DNA from: a virus
Virus record (IMG/VR): IMGVR_UViG_3300042197_004429
Span: 1-64,000 of that record
Direction: 5' to 3' (one strand)
DNA: 64,000 nt
The stretch's first letter is position 1; each line of letters opens with the position of its first letter. The notes beneath the pieces were generated by a model. The model saw only the letters and a program-made list of their open reading frames with translations, had not been told where the DNA came from and ran no database searches. This document shows, piece after piece, positions 47,192 through 56,592 of the stretch. The position numbers were made by a program, and so were the translations under genes.

Positions 47192-47633
47192 CCAATCAGA
47201 TCTGCATCAAATCAATTTGCTTGCAGATAGTGTGTATCCGGAGAACTATTTTGAGTCTTCTGAATCTTTTGGTTCTAAAATTGAAGGTTTCCCAGAAGGT
47301 TGTTTGGTTGCCGAAATTGAAAAACAAATAGTTGGATACGTGATTAGTTTTCCTTCGGTCATTAATTTTGTTGAGCCTTTAAATAAATTTTATAAACCAC
47401 AAAATAATTCAAATTGTCATTATATTCATGATCTTTGTGTGAATCCCGAATTTAGAAAAAAAGGTTTTGCCAATAGTTTTTTAAATATTTTATTCAAAAA
47501 ATTTCCAATCGATTTTGCACTTGTTGCCGTTATGGGTTCAAGTAATTTTTGGGAAAAATTCGGATTTGTTGTTGTTCAAGAAATCGACTACTATAACACT
47601 ACCTCACACTATATGGTTAGAAAATATGAGTAA
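47169..47633 (+). CDS. GNAT acetyltransferase
   Basis: YIHDLCVNPEFRKKGFA, FWEKFGF. Confidence 0.8.
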   Translation: MMILRKINQSDLHQINLLADSVYPENYFESSESFGSKIEGFPEGCLVAEIEKQIVGYVISFPSVINFVEPLNKFYKPQNNSNCHYIHDLCVNPEFRKKGFANSFLNILFKKFPIDFALVAVMGSSNFWEKFGFVVVQEIDYYNTTSHYMVRKYE

Positions 47634-47994
47634 AAACAATCAATGTTGTATATGCGGGCAATACATGGATTTAATCGTTCTTAGCCACAAAAACAAACCT
47701 TTTGTGGATGGAAATTGTTACCCAAAAATTTGTTTTGGTTGTTTTCAAGTTCCAAAACAATTTATAGATTCTTATGATGAAAACGGGTTGCTTGCTTCTC
47801 AGGAGGGTCCATTTTATAGTTATAAAGTTTTGCATTCTCCTCAAGAACTTGTTGATATAGGGTCTGCTGACAATTTGAAACAAGCAAAAATTTGCGTTCG
47901 TGCGGTAAAAGAATCAATCAAAAAATCTGATTTGAGCAAACTTAAAAAAACACAATTAAAAAAACCACAACCCGATTTTGAATTAAATGATTGA
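47626..47994 (+). CDS. hypothetical zinc-finger-like protein
   Basis: CCICG...CFGC; ATG 47626. Confidence 0.55.
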   Translation: MSKNNQCCICGQYMDLIVLSHKNKPFVDGNCYPKICFGCFQVPKQFIDSYDENGLLASQEGPFYSYKVLHSPQELVDIGSADNLKQAKICVRAVKESIKKSDLSKLKKTQLKKPQPDFELND

Positions 47995-48019
47995 CAAAAA
48001 AATTTTTAAATATTAAAAT
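47991..48019 (+). promoter_or_regulatory. sigma70-like promoter heading the small-gene array
   Basis: TTGACA-N17-TAAAAT. Confidence 0.55.
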
Positions 48020-48025
48020 TTCTAT

Positions 48026-48196
48026 ATGATAGAAACAGTTTTTATTGTAATTTGTTTGTTTCTTCTTTTTTTTGTATTTTTAATTAGTTTACTTTTTTGG
48101 GCGTTTCTATTTTTTGAATCATTAAAAAATTTTTGCGAAGCACATGAAGATAGAAAAAATAAAAAAAATAAAATTCACGGACGAAATAATTTGTGA
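48026..48196 (+). CDS. small membrane protein (not in the ORF track)
   Basis: 56 codons read manually, long hydrophobic stretch, directly after the promoter. Confidence 0.4.
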   Translation: MIETVFIVICLFLLFFVFLISLLFWAFLFFESLKNFCEAHEDRKNKKNKIHGRNNL

Positions 48197-48401
48197 TATT
48201 TGTGGTTCATCTTGTAAAGATGCAAATGTTGGAAATGAATATGCTTCTTTAGTTGCACACTGGGGTTATGCCTCTAGAAAAGATGAATCAAAATACGAAA
48301 TAGATTTTTGTGAAAATTGCTTTGATGAACTTGTAAAGCATTTGAAAAAAATTAGAATCGTCAAGCCATCACCAGACCCCTTAGAGCCAAAATTAAAATG
48401 A
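48144..48401 (+). CDS. hypothetical zinc-binding protein
   Basis: CDICG...WGY.S..D...DFCENC. Confidence 0.7.
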   Translation: MKIEKIKKIKFTDEIICDICGSSCKDANVGNEYASLVAHWGYASRKDESKYEIDFCENCFDELVKHLKKIRIVKPSPDPLEPKLK

Positions 48402-48679
48402 TGTTGAATAAAAGTACGTTTGAGACGGAAGACTCTTTTTTTGATCTTTTTTACAACCCCAATATTTCCAACCATTGTTTTTTGTTAAAAATACAAACTG
48501 ATTGGAACGATACTTCTTATGTGAATATAAGTTTAAACAAAAAAGAGTTTCATGGTTTGTCAAATTTTTTTAATAAATTTCTTGACTCTAATAAGAAACA
48601 AATTAAAACTATAAAAAGAGATCCATCTAGAAGTGTAAAACAAATTTCTTTAAGGAGAAAAAATGAAAAAAACTCGTGA
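48398..48679 (+). CDS. hypothetical protein
   Basis: Coupled ORF. Confidence 0.55.
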   Translation: MMLNKSTFETEDSFFDLFYNPNISNHCFLLKIQTDWNDTSYVNISLNKKEFHGLSNFFNKFLDSNKKQIKTIKRDPSRSVKQISLRRKNEKNS

Positions 48680-49283
48680 ACAAATCATTGAATCAATGTG
48701 TTCAACCTGGAGACATGACTACCATATCGTCAGATCTCCCGAAAATAAGTTTTCTGGTATGACAATTCAAGAACGTGAGTTTTTGTACAGTCAAATGGCT
48801 CAAGTTTTTGATAACGTAATTGCCAAAATTTTACTTGAATTAGAAGCAAAAAATCAAAATTTAGAGGAATATATCTTGAAATCATCAATAAACCAAAACT
48901 ACATCAAGCAAACAAAAACAGATACTTTCGATAAAAATTTTTACGAAGATTTATCAAAAAAGATTAGTCATAAAATAAAAGATGCCAATCAAAATTTTGC
49001 ACAAGTCAAAAATTCAATTAAGTGTGTTGAAAATGTTTTAGAATTTAAAAACAATAATAAAAAATATGATAATATTAAAGAAGAAATAGATTTAAAAAAT
49101 TTAAAAGTCGGTTCAAGGTTTTTGTATAAAACCCACCAGTATCTTAAAGATTTGAAAGAAGACGTTGTTGAAGAGTGGTCGCCTTCTAAAAATTACATAA
49201 AATTAAAAATTGCCGGTTGGGTTGATTTTGAACAATTTTCGAAGTATAATATTTTAGAAGTTTTGGAAAACTTAGAGAAATAA
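48663..49283 (+). CDS. hypothetical protein sharing a module with 57788-58420
   Basis: TREQII.SMC.T.RHDY...SGMT..ER..L...MAQ.FD. Confidence 0.7.
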   Translation: MKKTREQIIESMCSTWRHDYHIVRSPENKFSGMTIQEREFLYSQMAQVFDNVIAKILLELEAKNQNLEEYILKSSINQNYIKQTKTDTFDKNFYEDLSKKISHKIKDANQNFAQVKNSIKCVENVLEFKNNNKKYDNIKEEIDLKNLKVGSRFLYKTHQYLKDLKEDVVEEWSPSKNYIKLKIAGWVDFEQFSKYNILEVLENLEK

Positions 49284-49284
49284 A

Positions 49285-50034
49285 ATGTTTTATCGAAATC
49301 GCACTCATCATTGGTCATGCAGCAAATTTGCTGATTGGGTTCGTGGTGAATCTAAACCATTTGCATTAACTTTGGAAGAATGGGACGATTGGCGAGATGA
49401 ACAAAAATCTAAACGACCAATTCGTTTTTATATTGCAGAAACTTTGTTGACAAAAATTCAAGATGTAATTCTGTTTCCTCAGGATGTTTTTCGCAATGTT
49501 CGTTGTTATTTTCGCAATCGATTTCGAGATAAAACTCATTTCTTGAACACTGGTTTGAAGCCAGGAAATTATTATGATTTAGATCACAGAATTCTCCACG
49601 GTTTGTTTAATGAATTAACTAATTTTGTAGAATCCGATTTGGCGTGGATGAATCAGTTGTCTAAGAAACAAAAGCGTCTTCGTGAAAGATCGCCAAAAGA
49701 TGGAATTGAGTATTTGGAGTGGGCTTGTAATTTAACTTTTAATGAAGAAGATTATGGAATTAATAAAGATGATGAGTCGTATGGCAAGCCAACACCTCAA
49801 GCTGAATCTTCTAAAGAGATTTTAGAACTTTATAAATGGTGGAAAAATTACCCGAACCGCCCAGACCCTATGGACGCAAGTGGTTGGAGTGATGTTTGTG
49901 AAATCAAAAACCCCGATCCAGAATTGAAGCAACAATCTTTTCAAAGACTTAATCAAATTGAAGAACAACAAGATCAAGAAGAAACAGACATGTTGATACG
50001 TTTGATAAAAGTTAGGAAACATCTATGGACATGA
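49285..50034 (+). CDS. conserved phage hypothetical protein
   Basis: WSCSKFADW.RG, G..YDLD.RILHGLF, EI.ELY.WW...RPDP, LIRLIKVR..LWT. Confidence 0.75.
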   Translation: MFYRNRTHHWSCSKFADWVRGESKPFALTLEEWDDWRDEQKSKRPIRFYIAETLLTKIQDVILFPQDVFRNVRCYFRNRFRDKTHFLNTGLKPGNYYDLDHRILHGLFNELTNFVESDLAWMNQLSKKQKRLRERSPKDGIEYLEWACNLTFNEEDYGINKDDESYGKPTPQAESSKEILELYKWWKNYPNRPDPMDASGWSDVCEIKNPDPELKQQSFQRLNQIEEQQDQEETDMLIRLIKVRKHLWT

Positions 50035-50035
50035 A

Positions 50036-50386
50036 TTGGATAAGGGCTATAATTTCTATAGCCCTAGAGTGTTCAGTGTTTTTAATGTTGGCTTATTTAA
50101 TTTTTTACTTTTTCAAATTATGATCGATTTTTTTGGATATGACGTTGCAAATTCACCCGTTGATTTTTTTTCAAAATTACACTCTTGGCAAAACGAAGAA
50201 AAACCCGACGAACAAACAATAAACACAGCAGAGAGTTTTTTAAAACTGTGTGAAACTCAACCACATTCGATGATAGTTTTTGAGAGAATTATTGTTTTTG
50301 AGTGGTTGTATGACACAAGGTGGACTCAAGCCGAAATATCGGGAAAATTGATCACAACACTTACTTGCAAAAAATCATGTCAATAA
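50036..50386 (+). CDS. hypothetical protein
   Basis: ORF in the array; start uncertain. Confidence 0.5.
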   Translation: MDKGYNFYSPRVFSVFNVGLFNFLLFQIMIDFFGYDVANSPVDFFSKLHSWQNEEKPDEQTINTAESFLKLCETQPHSMIVFERIIVFEWLYDTRWTQAEISGKLITTLTCKKSCQ

Positions 50387-50658
50387 TTTTTAATAATTCA
50401 AAAATCAACCCTGGAACCGTGGTTGTTTTTGATGAAAAGTGTGTCAACCTATTTGTTTGGAAAAAAATGTCGGAAGAAGACCGAATCAAAAATTATGGAT
50501 TTTTAGGATATCGATCCGACAAAATTAAACGATTTGTTTTTCTTTGTGAAATTAAAAATGCCCCAGGACATTGTGTGTTAATTGATCTTGAAACACAACA
50601 AATATTAACGATGGTTCATACTAATTTGTTGAGAGAAGTTACAATTGAAGAGTTTTGA
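50377..50658 (+). CDS. hypothetical protein
   Basis: ATG 50377; FVFLCEI...PGHCVL. Confidence 0.6.
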   Translation: MSIIFNNSKINPGTVVVFDEKCVNLFVWKKMSEEDRIKNYGFLGYRSDKIKRFVFLCEIKNAPGHCVLIDLETQQILTMVHTNLLREVTIEEF

Positions 50659-51260
50659 TGTTAAAAATTAAAAAACAAAAACACAACTCTGTACTCATCA
50701 GTGCAGACTCTCAAGAAGAGTTAGCAGATTCTTTTATGAGATTTCAAGAATTTTATGAAAACCCCCACTGGGCTGATAAAATATTCACAGTAGGACAGGT
50801 GAAAAAATGGTACTCGGAAAAATACGGTGCTGATACATATCGATTTGATTGGCATGGATTTAATTTTCCAAGTTGCGTTTTAAAGCCGTTTAAAGAAGGT
50901 CTTTTTGATCCGCTGACTGAGAACGAACATAAAATATTAAATTTTTTAAAGTATAGAAATGATGATTTTTATGTGATTGGATCTAACACCGACGATGTTT
51001 TAAAACACGAACTTAATCACGCCCTGTATTACACAAACAAAAAATACAGGGAAGAAACAAATAACTTGATTGATTCTAATAAAAAGCAATTAAAAAATGT
51101 TTTTTCTCACATACTAAAATTAGGTTATCATAAAAAAGTTTTGTATGATGAAACACAAGCCTATTGTTTAGATGATGGTTATTTTGAAAAACACAAAATC
51201 AATTTGTCTCCAAATTTTGTTTCAAAGTTAAAAATATTAAACGAGAAATTTTCAAAATGA
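50655..51260 (+). CDS. hypothetical protein with an HExxH motif
   Basis: FMRFQEFYE, KHELNHALYY, DE.QAY. Confidence 0.65.
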   Translation: MMLKIKKQKHNSVLISADSQEELADSFMRFQEFYENPHWADKIFTVGQVKKWYSEKYGADTYRFDWHGFNFPSCVLKPFKEGLFDPLTENEHKILNFLKYRNDDFYVIGSNTDDVLKHELNHALYYTNKKYREETNNLIDSNKKQLKNVFSHILKLGYHKKVLYDETQAYCLDDGYFEKHKINLSPNFVSKLKILNEKFSK

Positions 51261-51336
51261 AATTTATTTTAGTTTTGTTGCCCTCTATCCTAATGATTCG
51301 AATGTTGTTAGATCATTACCTTCAAGAAAGATAATT

Positions 51337-51846
51337 ATGGAAAAACTATTTTACACAATAAAAAATTATTTAAACTCAGACGGTTCCTTGCTTTGCAAAG
51401 AGGTTATATCAAAATTAAACCAATTTCATATTGACATAACTTTTGATTTTTCTAATGTTGATGATATTGATGAAAATTGGGCCAAAGATGTTTTTGCTCC
51501 TTTAAGCGTCTATTTAAAGCCTAATCTTTTTCATCGCATTGATTTTATTAATTGTGATCTTAAAATTTTGGATAAAATTAAACAAATAAAAAAACAATAC
51601 TCAGGCGAAGATAGTGCGATAAAGATTCTAAGTGAGTGGTGTTCTAATAGTATTTTTCGTCCTTATGTTCATCATGATGTTGACTTTGATGCTTTAAAAA
51701 TTTATCTTAAAGATGAACCGGACTATGTTGATCGTGTCACAGACAACATAGAAGTAAGACGAAGTTTTGAAACAAACGAAATCACAGGTGTTCACGTTCT
51801 AAACTTTGGGAGAATTTCAAGTGACAACCAAGAATATTTTTCTTGA
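51337..51846 (+). CDS. hypothetical protein (STAS-like N-terminus possible)
   Basis: ITFDFSNV pattern; weak. Confidence 0.55.
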   Translation: MEKLFYTIKNYLNSDGSLLCKEVISKLNQFHIDITFDFSNVDDIDENWAKDVFAPLSVYLKPNLFHRIDFINCDLKILDKIKQIKKQYSGEDSAIKILSEWCSNSIFRPYVHHDVDFDALKIYLKDEPDYVDRVTDNIEVRRSFETNEITGVHVLNFGRISSDNQEYFS

Positions 51847-52081
51847 TATTGCTTCAAAAATTGATTTTGATGAAAAAGCCAAATCTTTGATTAATCTTTG
51901 GGAAGACGAACCTAAATCAATTCAAATTTTAGAAGTTTTAGACAAAAGCATATATTTTTCTTGGACAGGATCTCTTGGGATCCAATGTCTTCAAACTGCA
52001 TACGAATGTGCTTTGAAAAGGGAAGGCGTTTCTCATGATTACAATGCTAATCTTGCACTTTGGAGAGAACAACTAACATGA
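51806..52081 (+). CDS. hypothetical protein
   Basis: ORF in the array. Confidence 0.5.
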   Translation: MGEFQVTTKNIFLDIASKIDFDEKAKSLINLWEDEPKSIQILEVLDKSIYFSWTGSLGIQCLQTAYECALKREGVSHDYNANLALWREQLT

Positions 52082-52296
52082 GCTGGACTGATCAAAGACC
52101 GAAAGAAACGGGGTTTTACTGGTGCCGCCAACATGGACACACTCGTATGGTTGAGGTTTGGAAATATTCTCCAAAATATGACAAAGGCAACCTCTTTACA
52201 AATGAGGATGGTTGTTCTACAATTAATGATGAATTGTATTTAAATTCGTATTGGTACGGCCCAATTCAACCTCCCGATTTCGCAAACGAAACATGA
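52078..52296 (+). CDS. hypothetical protein
   Basis: MSWTDQRP.E.GFYW...W.GPI.PP. Confidence 0.6.
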   Translation: MSWTDQRPKETGFYWCRQHGHTRMVEVWKYSPKYDKGNLFTNEDGCSTINDELYLNSYWYGPIQPPDFANET

Positions 52297-52949
52297 AAGA
52301 TTTTTTTTACAAACCTTTAAAGATCGAAGATAAAGAAGACAATATTTTTTTTTGGTCCGATATGCATTTAGGTCATCGCTGTCAAAGCTGGACAGAACCT
52401 TTGTATGTTAAAAGAGGTTTTAAAACTTTAGAAGAACATGATGTTTCACTTGTGAAAAGGTGGAATGAGCGTGTTTCTCACAATTCTATTGTTTTTAATT
52501 TAGGCGACATGTTATTTGGTAACGATGGTTATCAAAGATTATTGAATTATTTTGAAATGCTAAATTTTAAAACTATGTATCTTTTGTTTGGCAACCACAC
52601 AGCGGGAACAAAACAAGTTTTTGAAAGTTTACAAGACACAAATTGTTATCAAGTAAATTCTGAGAAACAAGTTGTTTTTTGTCCAAATTACATCGAGGCT
52701 TTTGTAAATGGGGTTCCTTGTGCTTTGAGCCATTATGCAATTGCGTCATTTAATGGACAAAGCAAGGGTGGCTTTATGATTCATGGTCACTCTCACGGAA
52801 ATTTATACCAGTCAGAGTTGGGCAAAATTTTATACCAAGCAAGAATTATTGATGTGGGTGTAGAAAATTGTTCAACTCCAATTTCTTTTAGAGAAATTAA
52901 ACAAAAGTTCAGAAACCAACCTGTGAGTTTTGATCATCATGGATCTTGA
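52293..52949 (+). CDS. calcineurin-like metallophosphoesterase
   Basis: SDMHLGH, LGD, GNH, SHY, IHGHSHG, DVGVE. Confidence 0.88.
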   Translation: MKDFFYKPLKIEDKEDNIFFWSDMHLGHRCQSWTEPLYVKRGFKTLEEHDVSLVKRWNERVSHNSIVFNLGDMLFGNDGYQRLLNYFEMLNFKTMYLLFGNHTAGTKQVFESLQDTNCYQVNSEKQVVFCPNYIEAFVNGVPCALSHYAIASFNGQSKGGFMIHGHSHGNLYQSELGKILYQARIIDVGVENCSTPISFREIKQKFRNQPVSFDHHGS

Positions 52950-53697
52950 TTTGATAAGCAAATTATTCACTAGCTCTTTTTTAGCAACACTTGTTTCAAT
53001 TGTTTGTTGTTTGTTTGTTTTTTTAATTTTACTTGCGGTTGTTAATTGTTTTAGGTTGAATTACGGACGAGATGCTTATTGGGTCTTTTCTTGGTGTTTT
53101 TTTGTTTTAATTTTAAGTTGGTTTTTTAGTTTTGGTTTTTTTATGTCTTTAAAAAAAGAAACAAAAAGTGAAACAAAGGTGAAATTCCACAGTATTTTGT
53201 TTACTTCTACAGAGGTAAAAGGCAACTCTATTTTCACGCACATGGGAGGAAGACAGGAATTATTTGATGTAGAAAGAGTGGAACTAATGTGTATCGGCGG
53301 GGATTTGGACAATCCTAAATCCACATGGCAATTAAACGCTTGCGTATCTGATATTTGGTTTGTATCCTACAGTTTAAAGGGTCGGGTTGATGTTTGTTTA
53401 AATGCAGGACAACTAATCAACTATAATGACTGCCCCCCTTTAGAATGTGTATATTGGCAGGAACGCAAGGACTTGAGTTCCTCCGACAAAGCCGAGAACT
53501 ACTTCTGGCAGGAGTTCCACTCCGCAGACATTGCCTTCAAGAATAAAAAGCCTGTTTCGGTTTTGTACAGGCACATGCGGTTCAAGGATGGAGAGTGGAT
53601 CACTGTTGCGTCTTATAGTGCAAAATTTAGCGATACTCCATTGTTGGACAAGTATGACGGTTATCCGCCACAACCACTTGAGCAATCCGATGAATAA
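52930..53697 (+). CDS. membrane protein, hypothetical
   Basis: Two N-terminal TM helices. Confidence 0.6.
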   Translation: MIIMDLDLISKLFTSSFLATLVSIVCCLFVFLILLAVVNCFRLNYGRDAYWVFSWCFFVLILSWFFSFGFFMSLKKETKSETKVKFHSILFTSTEVKGNSIFTHMGGRQELFDVERVELMCIGGDLDNPKSTWQLNACVSDIWFVSYSLKGRVDVCLNAGQLINYNDCPPLECVYWQERKDLSSSDKAENYFWQEFHSADIAFKNKKPVSVLYRHMRFKDGEWITVASYSAKFSDTPLLDKYDGYPPQPLEQSDE

Positions 53698-53884
53698 CAT
53701 CTACAAAACCTGCTTTGGCGGACCTTTCCATGGCAAAACTTTTGCTCCTCATCCCGGCGAAACAACTCTCAGAATTGCAGTCTGGTCTGAAGGAAAATAT
53801 GCGGGGGACAGTTTGTATCGGGTTGAGGAAGATCATTTAAATTACATAGGTTTTGACAAAACAAACAATTGGCCGAAAAAATAA
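53690..53884 (+). CDS. hypothetical protein
   Basis: ATG 53690; CFGGPFHG. Confidence 0.55.
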   Translation: MNNIYKTCFGGPFHGKTFAPHPGETTLRIAVWSEGKYAGDSLYRVEEDHLNYIGFDKTNNWPKK

Positions 53885-54195
53885 TGAAAGAGTCAACTTT
53901 GCGAACATTTTGGTTTTTGTCTTGGATTGTCCAATTTGCCTTGATTTCGCTCGTTATTTTGGAATTGATTGATTCCAAACCGCCGTTCAAGGAAACCACT
54001 CCCGAGCCGCCCGTACTTAAACTTTCGGACTATCCAAAAACTGAAGAGCATTGTAAAATATGCCCCCAATGCCGGGCTAGATGGGATTTGATTGAAAAGA
54101 ATCAGATCACATGGGACAGCCCAGTTTGTTGCAACGAAGGGTTTGAAATTGGAATGCAAGAATTTAGGGAAAGACTTGGAAAAGAAAGAAATTAA
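53884..54195 (+). CDS. membrane-anchored hypothetical protein
   Basis: TM helix then CKICPQC...CC. Confidence 0.55.
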   Translation: MKESTLRTFWFLSWIVQFALISLVILELIDSKPPFKETTPEPPVLKLSDYPKTEEHCKICPQCRARWDLIEKNQITWDSPVCCNEGFEIGMQEFRERLGKERN

Positions 54196-54209
54196 ATAGG
54201 AGAAATAAA

Positions 54210-54585
54210 ATGTTTAAAAGAGGATTTGTTTTAGAATTATTCGGATTTATTCTTTTGTTTTTTTTTGTCGGTGATTATACTATTATTATTCGGGATAAAA
54301 TTTCATACCATTTTATCCAAAAACCACACGGGCAAAATAGAATATAAATTTCAGGATACCCTAGAATTTTGTGACAAAGACACAGACGAAATTGTTAAAA
54401 AATTAGATAATGTAGAATTTAGAGTGTTGGGGAAAGATACTTACATGTATGTGGTTAAAATGACAGTAGGACCATCACCAGAAGTTTTAATTATGAATCA
54501 ATTTCCTCCAAATACTTATTTAACATTTAGACAAACCACAGTTGAGGAAACGGAAAAGAAGGAAAAGAAAAAACATGTGGAATAA
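54210..54585 (+). pseudogene. membrane protein gene interrupted by a +1 frameshift in a T9 run
   Basis: ATG 54210 with AGGAG SD is out of frame with ORF 54265-54585; removing one T from 54258-54266 yields a continuous 124-aa protein with a TM N-terminus. Confidence 0.55.
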
Positions 54586-54916
54586 AAACATGAAAGAAAT
54601 GCCGATGGATACAAGGCTTTTACTTCTTTCCAAGCCGAAAACGAAAGAAAAGCGCAGATTTGTCGCCATTGCTGCTTTGGAAGAGTGGGGCGGCAAGAAA
54701 ATACTGATGTACCCCACTGGATACCCGGAGTTAATGCGACTCTGGGGGTGCAAGAAGGGAGACATTTCCGAATTCGAGGCTTGGATGTATTTTGATGAGA
54801 ACCCACTGGAATCCCGCACAGTCTCCAAGCCCGGTGCTGTTCTTGAGGTAAAGGCGGTTCCTATTCCGCCAAAAATTCAATCCAAGATGGCAGAAGCTAT
54901 AAGAGGAGAAAAATGA
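54575..54916 (+). CDS. hypothetical protein
   Basis: ORF coupled to its neighbours. Confidence 0.6.
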   Translation: MWNKNMKEMPMDTRLLLLSKPKTKEKRRFVAIAALEEWGGKKILMYPTGYPELMRLWGCKKGDISEFEAWMYFDENPLESRTVSKPGAVLEVKAVPIPPKIQSKMAEAIRGEK

Positions 54917-55182
54917 AATACAAACTAAAGAACATCCTAAACGGTGCAGTTTGGGCCGAAGATCATGTTGAGATTGAAATTTCGCCTGAAGAAGCCAATG
55001 ATCTTCGACAAGCTTTAAAAACTATTCAAAAACACAAAGAAGTTGCGATTAAAGCGTACAAATCACATAATGGATATAGTCCTGAACGTGATCATAAAGA
55101 TCCTACTCACTGGTGTGAGTTTGACTATTGTGTAAAAAATGATAAGATCATTGTTATCATAAGAAATGGCATGGCTGGCTAA
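54913..55182 (+). CDS. hypothetical protein
   Basis: ATGA overlap; 3' part is duplicated downstream. Confidence 0.65.
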   Translation: MKYKLKNILNGAVWAEDHVEIEISPEEANDLRQALKTIQKHKEVAIKAYKSHNGYSPERDHKDPTHWCEFDYCVKNDKIIVIIRNGMAG

Positions 55183-55196
55183 TGATTGAAAAAGGA
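55017..55196 (+). repeat. direct repeat copy 1 (~180 bp)
   Basis: Matches 55459-55637 with 5 substitutions and a 1-bp indel by manual alignment. Confidence 0.9.
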
Positions 55197-55532
55197 ACTA
55201 AATTAATGGGAGAAAGAATGATGGAAAGAAGAAAATTCGTAAAGTCACTGTTGCCTCTGGCGGCGCTGAAAATCAACATCGGCGACTTTGCCACATGCCA
55301 GAAGGGCGAGCTCGGTCTCATACTCTGGGAACACTCCGCCAAAGACAAGAGAACCAACAGGCCGTACATCCTATATCACGGAATCAACTTGAGTCACGAC
55401 AAGTTCGGCCTCAACTGGCAGAGCCGATATCCCACGAAGGTCAACAAGAACTATGTCAAAAAACTGTTCAAAAACACAAAGAAGTTGCGATTAAAGCATA
55501 CAAATCACATAATGGATATAGTCCTGAAGTGA
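55182..55532 (+). CDS. hypothetical protein between the direct repeats
   Basis: Starts in repeat 1; its C-terminus reads into repeat 2 in a different frame. Confidence 0.55.
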   Translation: MIEKGTKLMGERMMERRKFVKSLLPLAALKINIGDFATCQKGELGLILWEHSAKDKRTNRPYILYHGINLSHDKFGLNWQSRYPTKVNKNYVKKLFKNTKKLRLKHTNHIMDIVLK

Positions 55533-55637
55533 TCATAAAGATCCTAGTCACTGGTGTGAGTTTGACTATTGTGTAAAAAATGATAAGATCATTGTTATCA
55601 TCAGAAATGGCATGGCTGGCTAATGGTTGAAAAAGGA
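55459..55637 (+). repeat. direct repeat copy 2 (~180 bp)
   Basis: See copy 1. Confidence 0.9.
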
Positions 55638-55883
55638 TCAAAACTAAAAGCCAAATGTCCTGATTGTGACACTGGGTGCGAAAAATGTTCTGAGGGTTAC
55701 ACCGAGGTAACTTTTGGAACAGAGGATAGTGTTTTGTATTCTTTGATCTGCAAAGATTGTGGAACTAGTGTTGGTGGCGGTTTTTTGGATTCAAAAACAA
55801 TAAAAATTATAGATATTATCAATAAGGGTGCCATGTGTCCTTTTTGTGAAGGAAAAAACATTGAAAGAATTATTGAGGAGTAA
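55623..55883 (+). CDS. zinc-ribbon protein
   Basis: CPDC..GCEKC, CKDC, CPFC. Confidence 0.65.
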   Translation: MVEKGSKLKAKCPDCDTGCEKCSEGYTEVTFGTEDSVLYSLICKDCGTSVGGGFLDSKTIKIIDIINKGAMCPFCEGKNIERIIEE

Positions 55884-55886
55884 AAC

Positions 55887-56366
55887 ATGATAATCAAACC
55901 ACCAAGTAATATTGCCCTAAGAGATAATGAAAACACGGTTTTCTTGGCGGGCAGCATCGAAATGGGGTCTGCTATTGACTGGCAGTCTGATCTTGGGGAA
56001 TATTTCTCTAAGAAAGGTTATGTGGTATTTAATCCAAGACGAGATGATTGGGATAGCACATGGGAACAAAAATTTGAAAATCCTCAATTCTACCAACAAG
56101 TAAATTGGGAGTTAAATGCCCTAGATCAATCTTTTCACATAATAATGTATTTTGATCCTAAAACTAAAAGTCCAATTAGTCTTTTAGAGTTGGGATTGTA
56201 TGCCCACACTAGTAAACTATGGGTGATATGCCCAGAAGGTTTTTGGCGAAAAGGCAACGTGGACATTGTTTGCAACAGGTATAGAATTCCACTATTTACT
56301 AGTATTGAGGATTTTAAAAAGAAATGGGATACCTTTCCGAGTCTTGAGGAGCAGGGATTATTATGA
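55887..56366 (+). CDS. nucleoside 2-deoxyribosyltransferase-like protein
   Basis: VFLAGSIEMG, DWQ, FNPRRDDWD, QVNWEL, SPISLLELGL, RKGNV. Confidence 0.85.
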   Translation: MIIKPPSNIALRDNENTVFLAGSIEMGSAIDWQSDLGEYFSKKGYVVFNPRRDDWDSTWEQKFENPQFYQQVNWELNALDQSFHIIMYFDPKTKSPISLLELGLYAHTSKLWVICPEGFWRKGNVDIVCNRYRIPLFTSIEDFKKKWDTFPSLEEQGLL

Positions 56367-56560
56367 ACACTGACAACGCACAAAAAGACGGTTGGTGGAA
56401 TTGGACCATTAAAAAAGTTAGCACCACATGGAAGGACATTAGCAATTGTCTTCACGACAATTGTCCTTCTTGCGGCGGTACAGGAATAAGGAAAGATGGT
56501 TTGGGACCGTGCATTCACATGATGAGTTGTTCTTGTCCAAAATGTAGCCCCAGAATGTAG
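56363..56560 (+). CDS. small Cys-rich protein
   Basis: CPSCGGTG..DG..C.H..SCSCPKC. Confidence 0.65.
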   Translation: MNTDNAQKDGWWNWTIKKVSTTWKDISNCLHDNCPSCGGTGIRKDGLGPCIHMMSCSCPKCSPRM

Positions 56561-56592
56561 CCCCAGAATGCGCTAAAGGTTGTTTTTGTATT

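Noticed and set aside
55182-55300. Tat signal (ERRKFVK) in the inserted gene
   Set aside because: The hydrophobic region after the motif is too short, and the start codon is uncertain
55295-55576. ORF 55295-55576
   Set aside because: It is an alternate-frame read-through into the duplicated segment, a by-product of the repeat
56541-56570. 13-bp tandem duplication AATGTAGCCCCAG
   Set aside because: It only shortens the protein by one residue; trivial slippage
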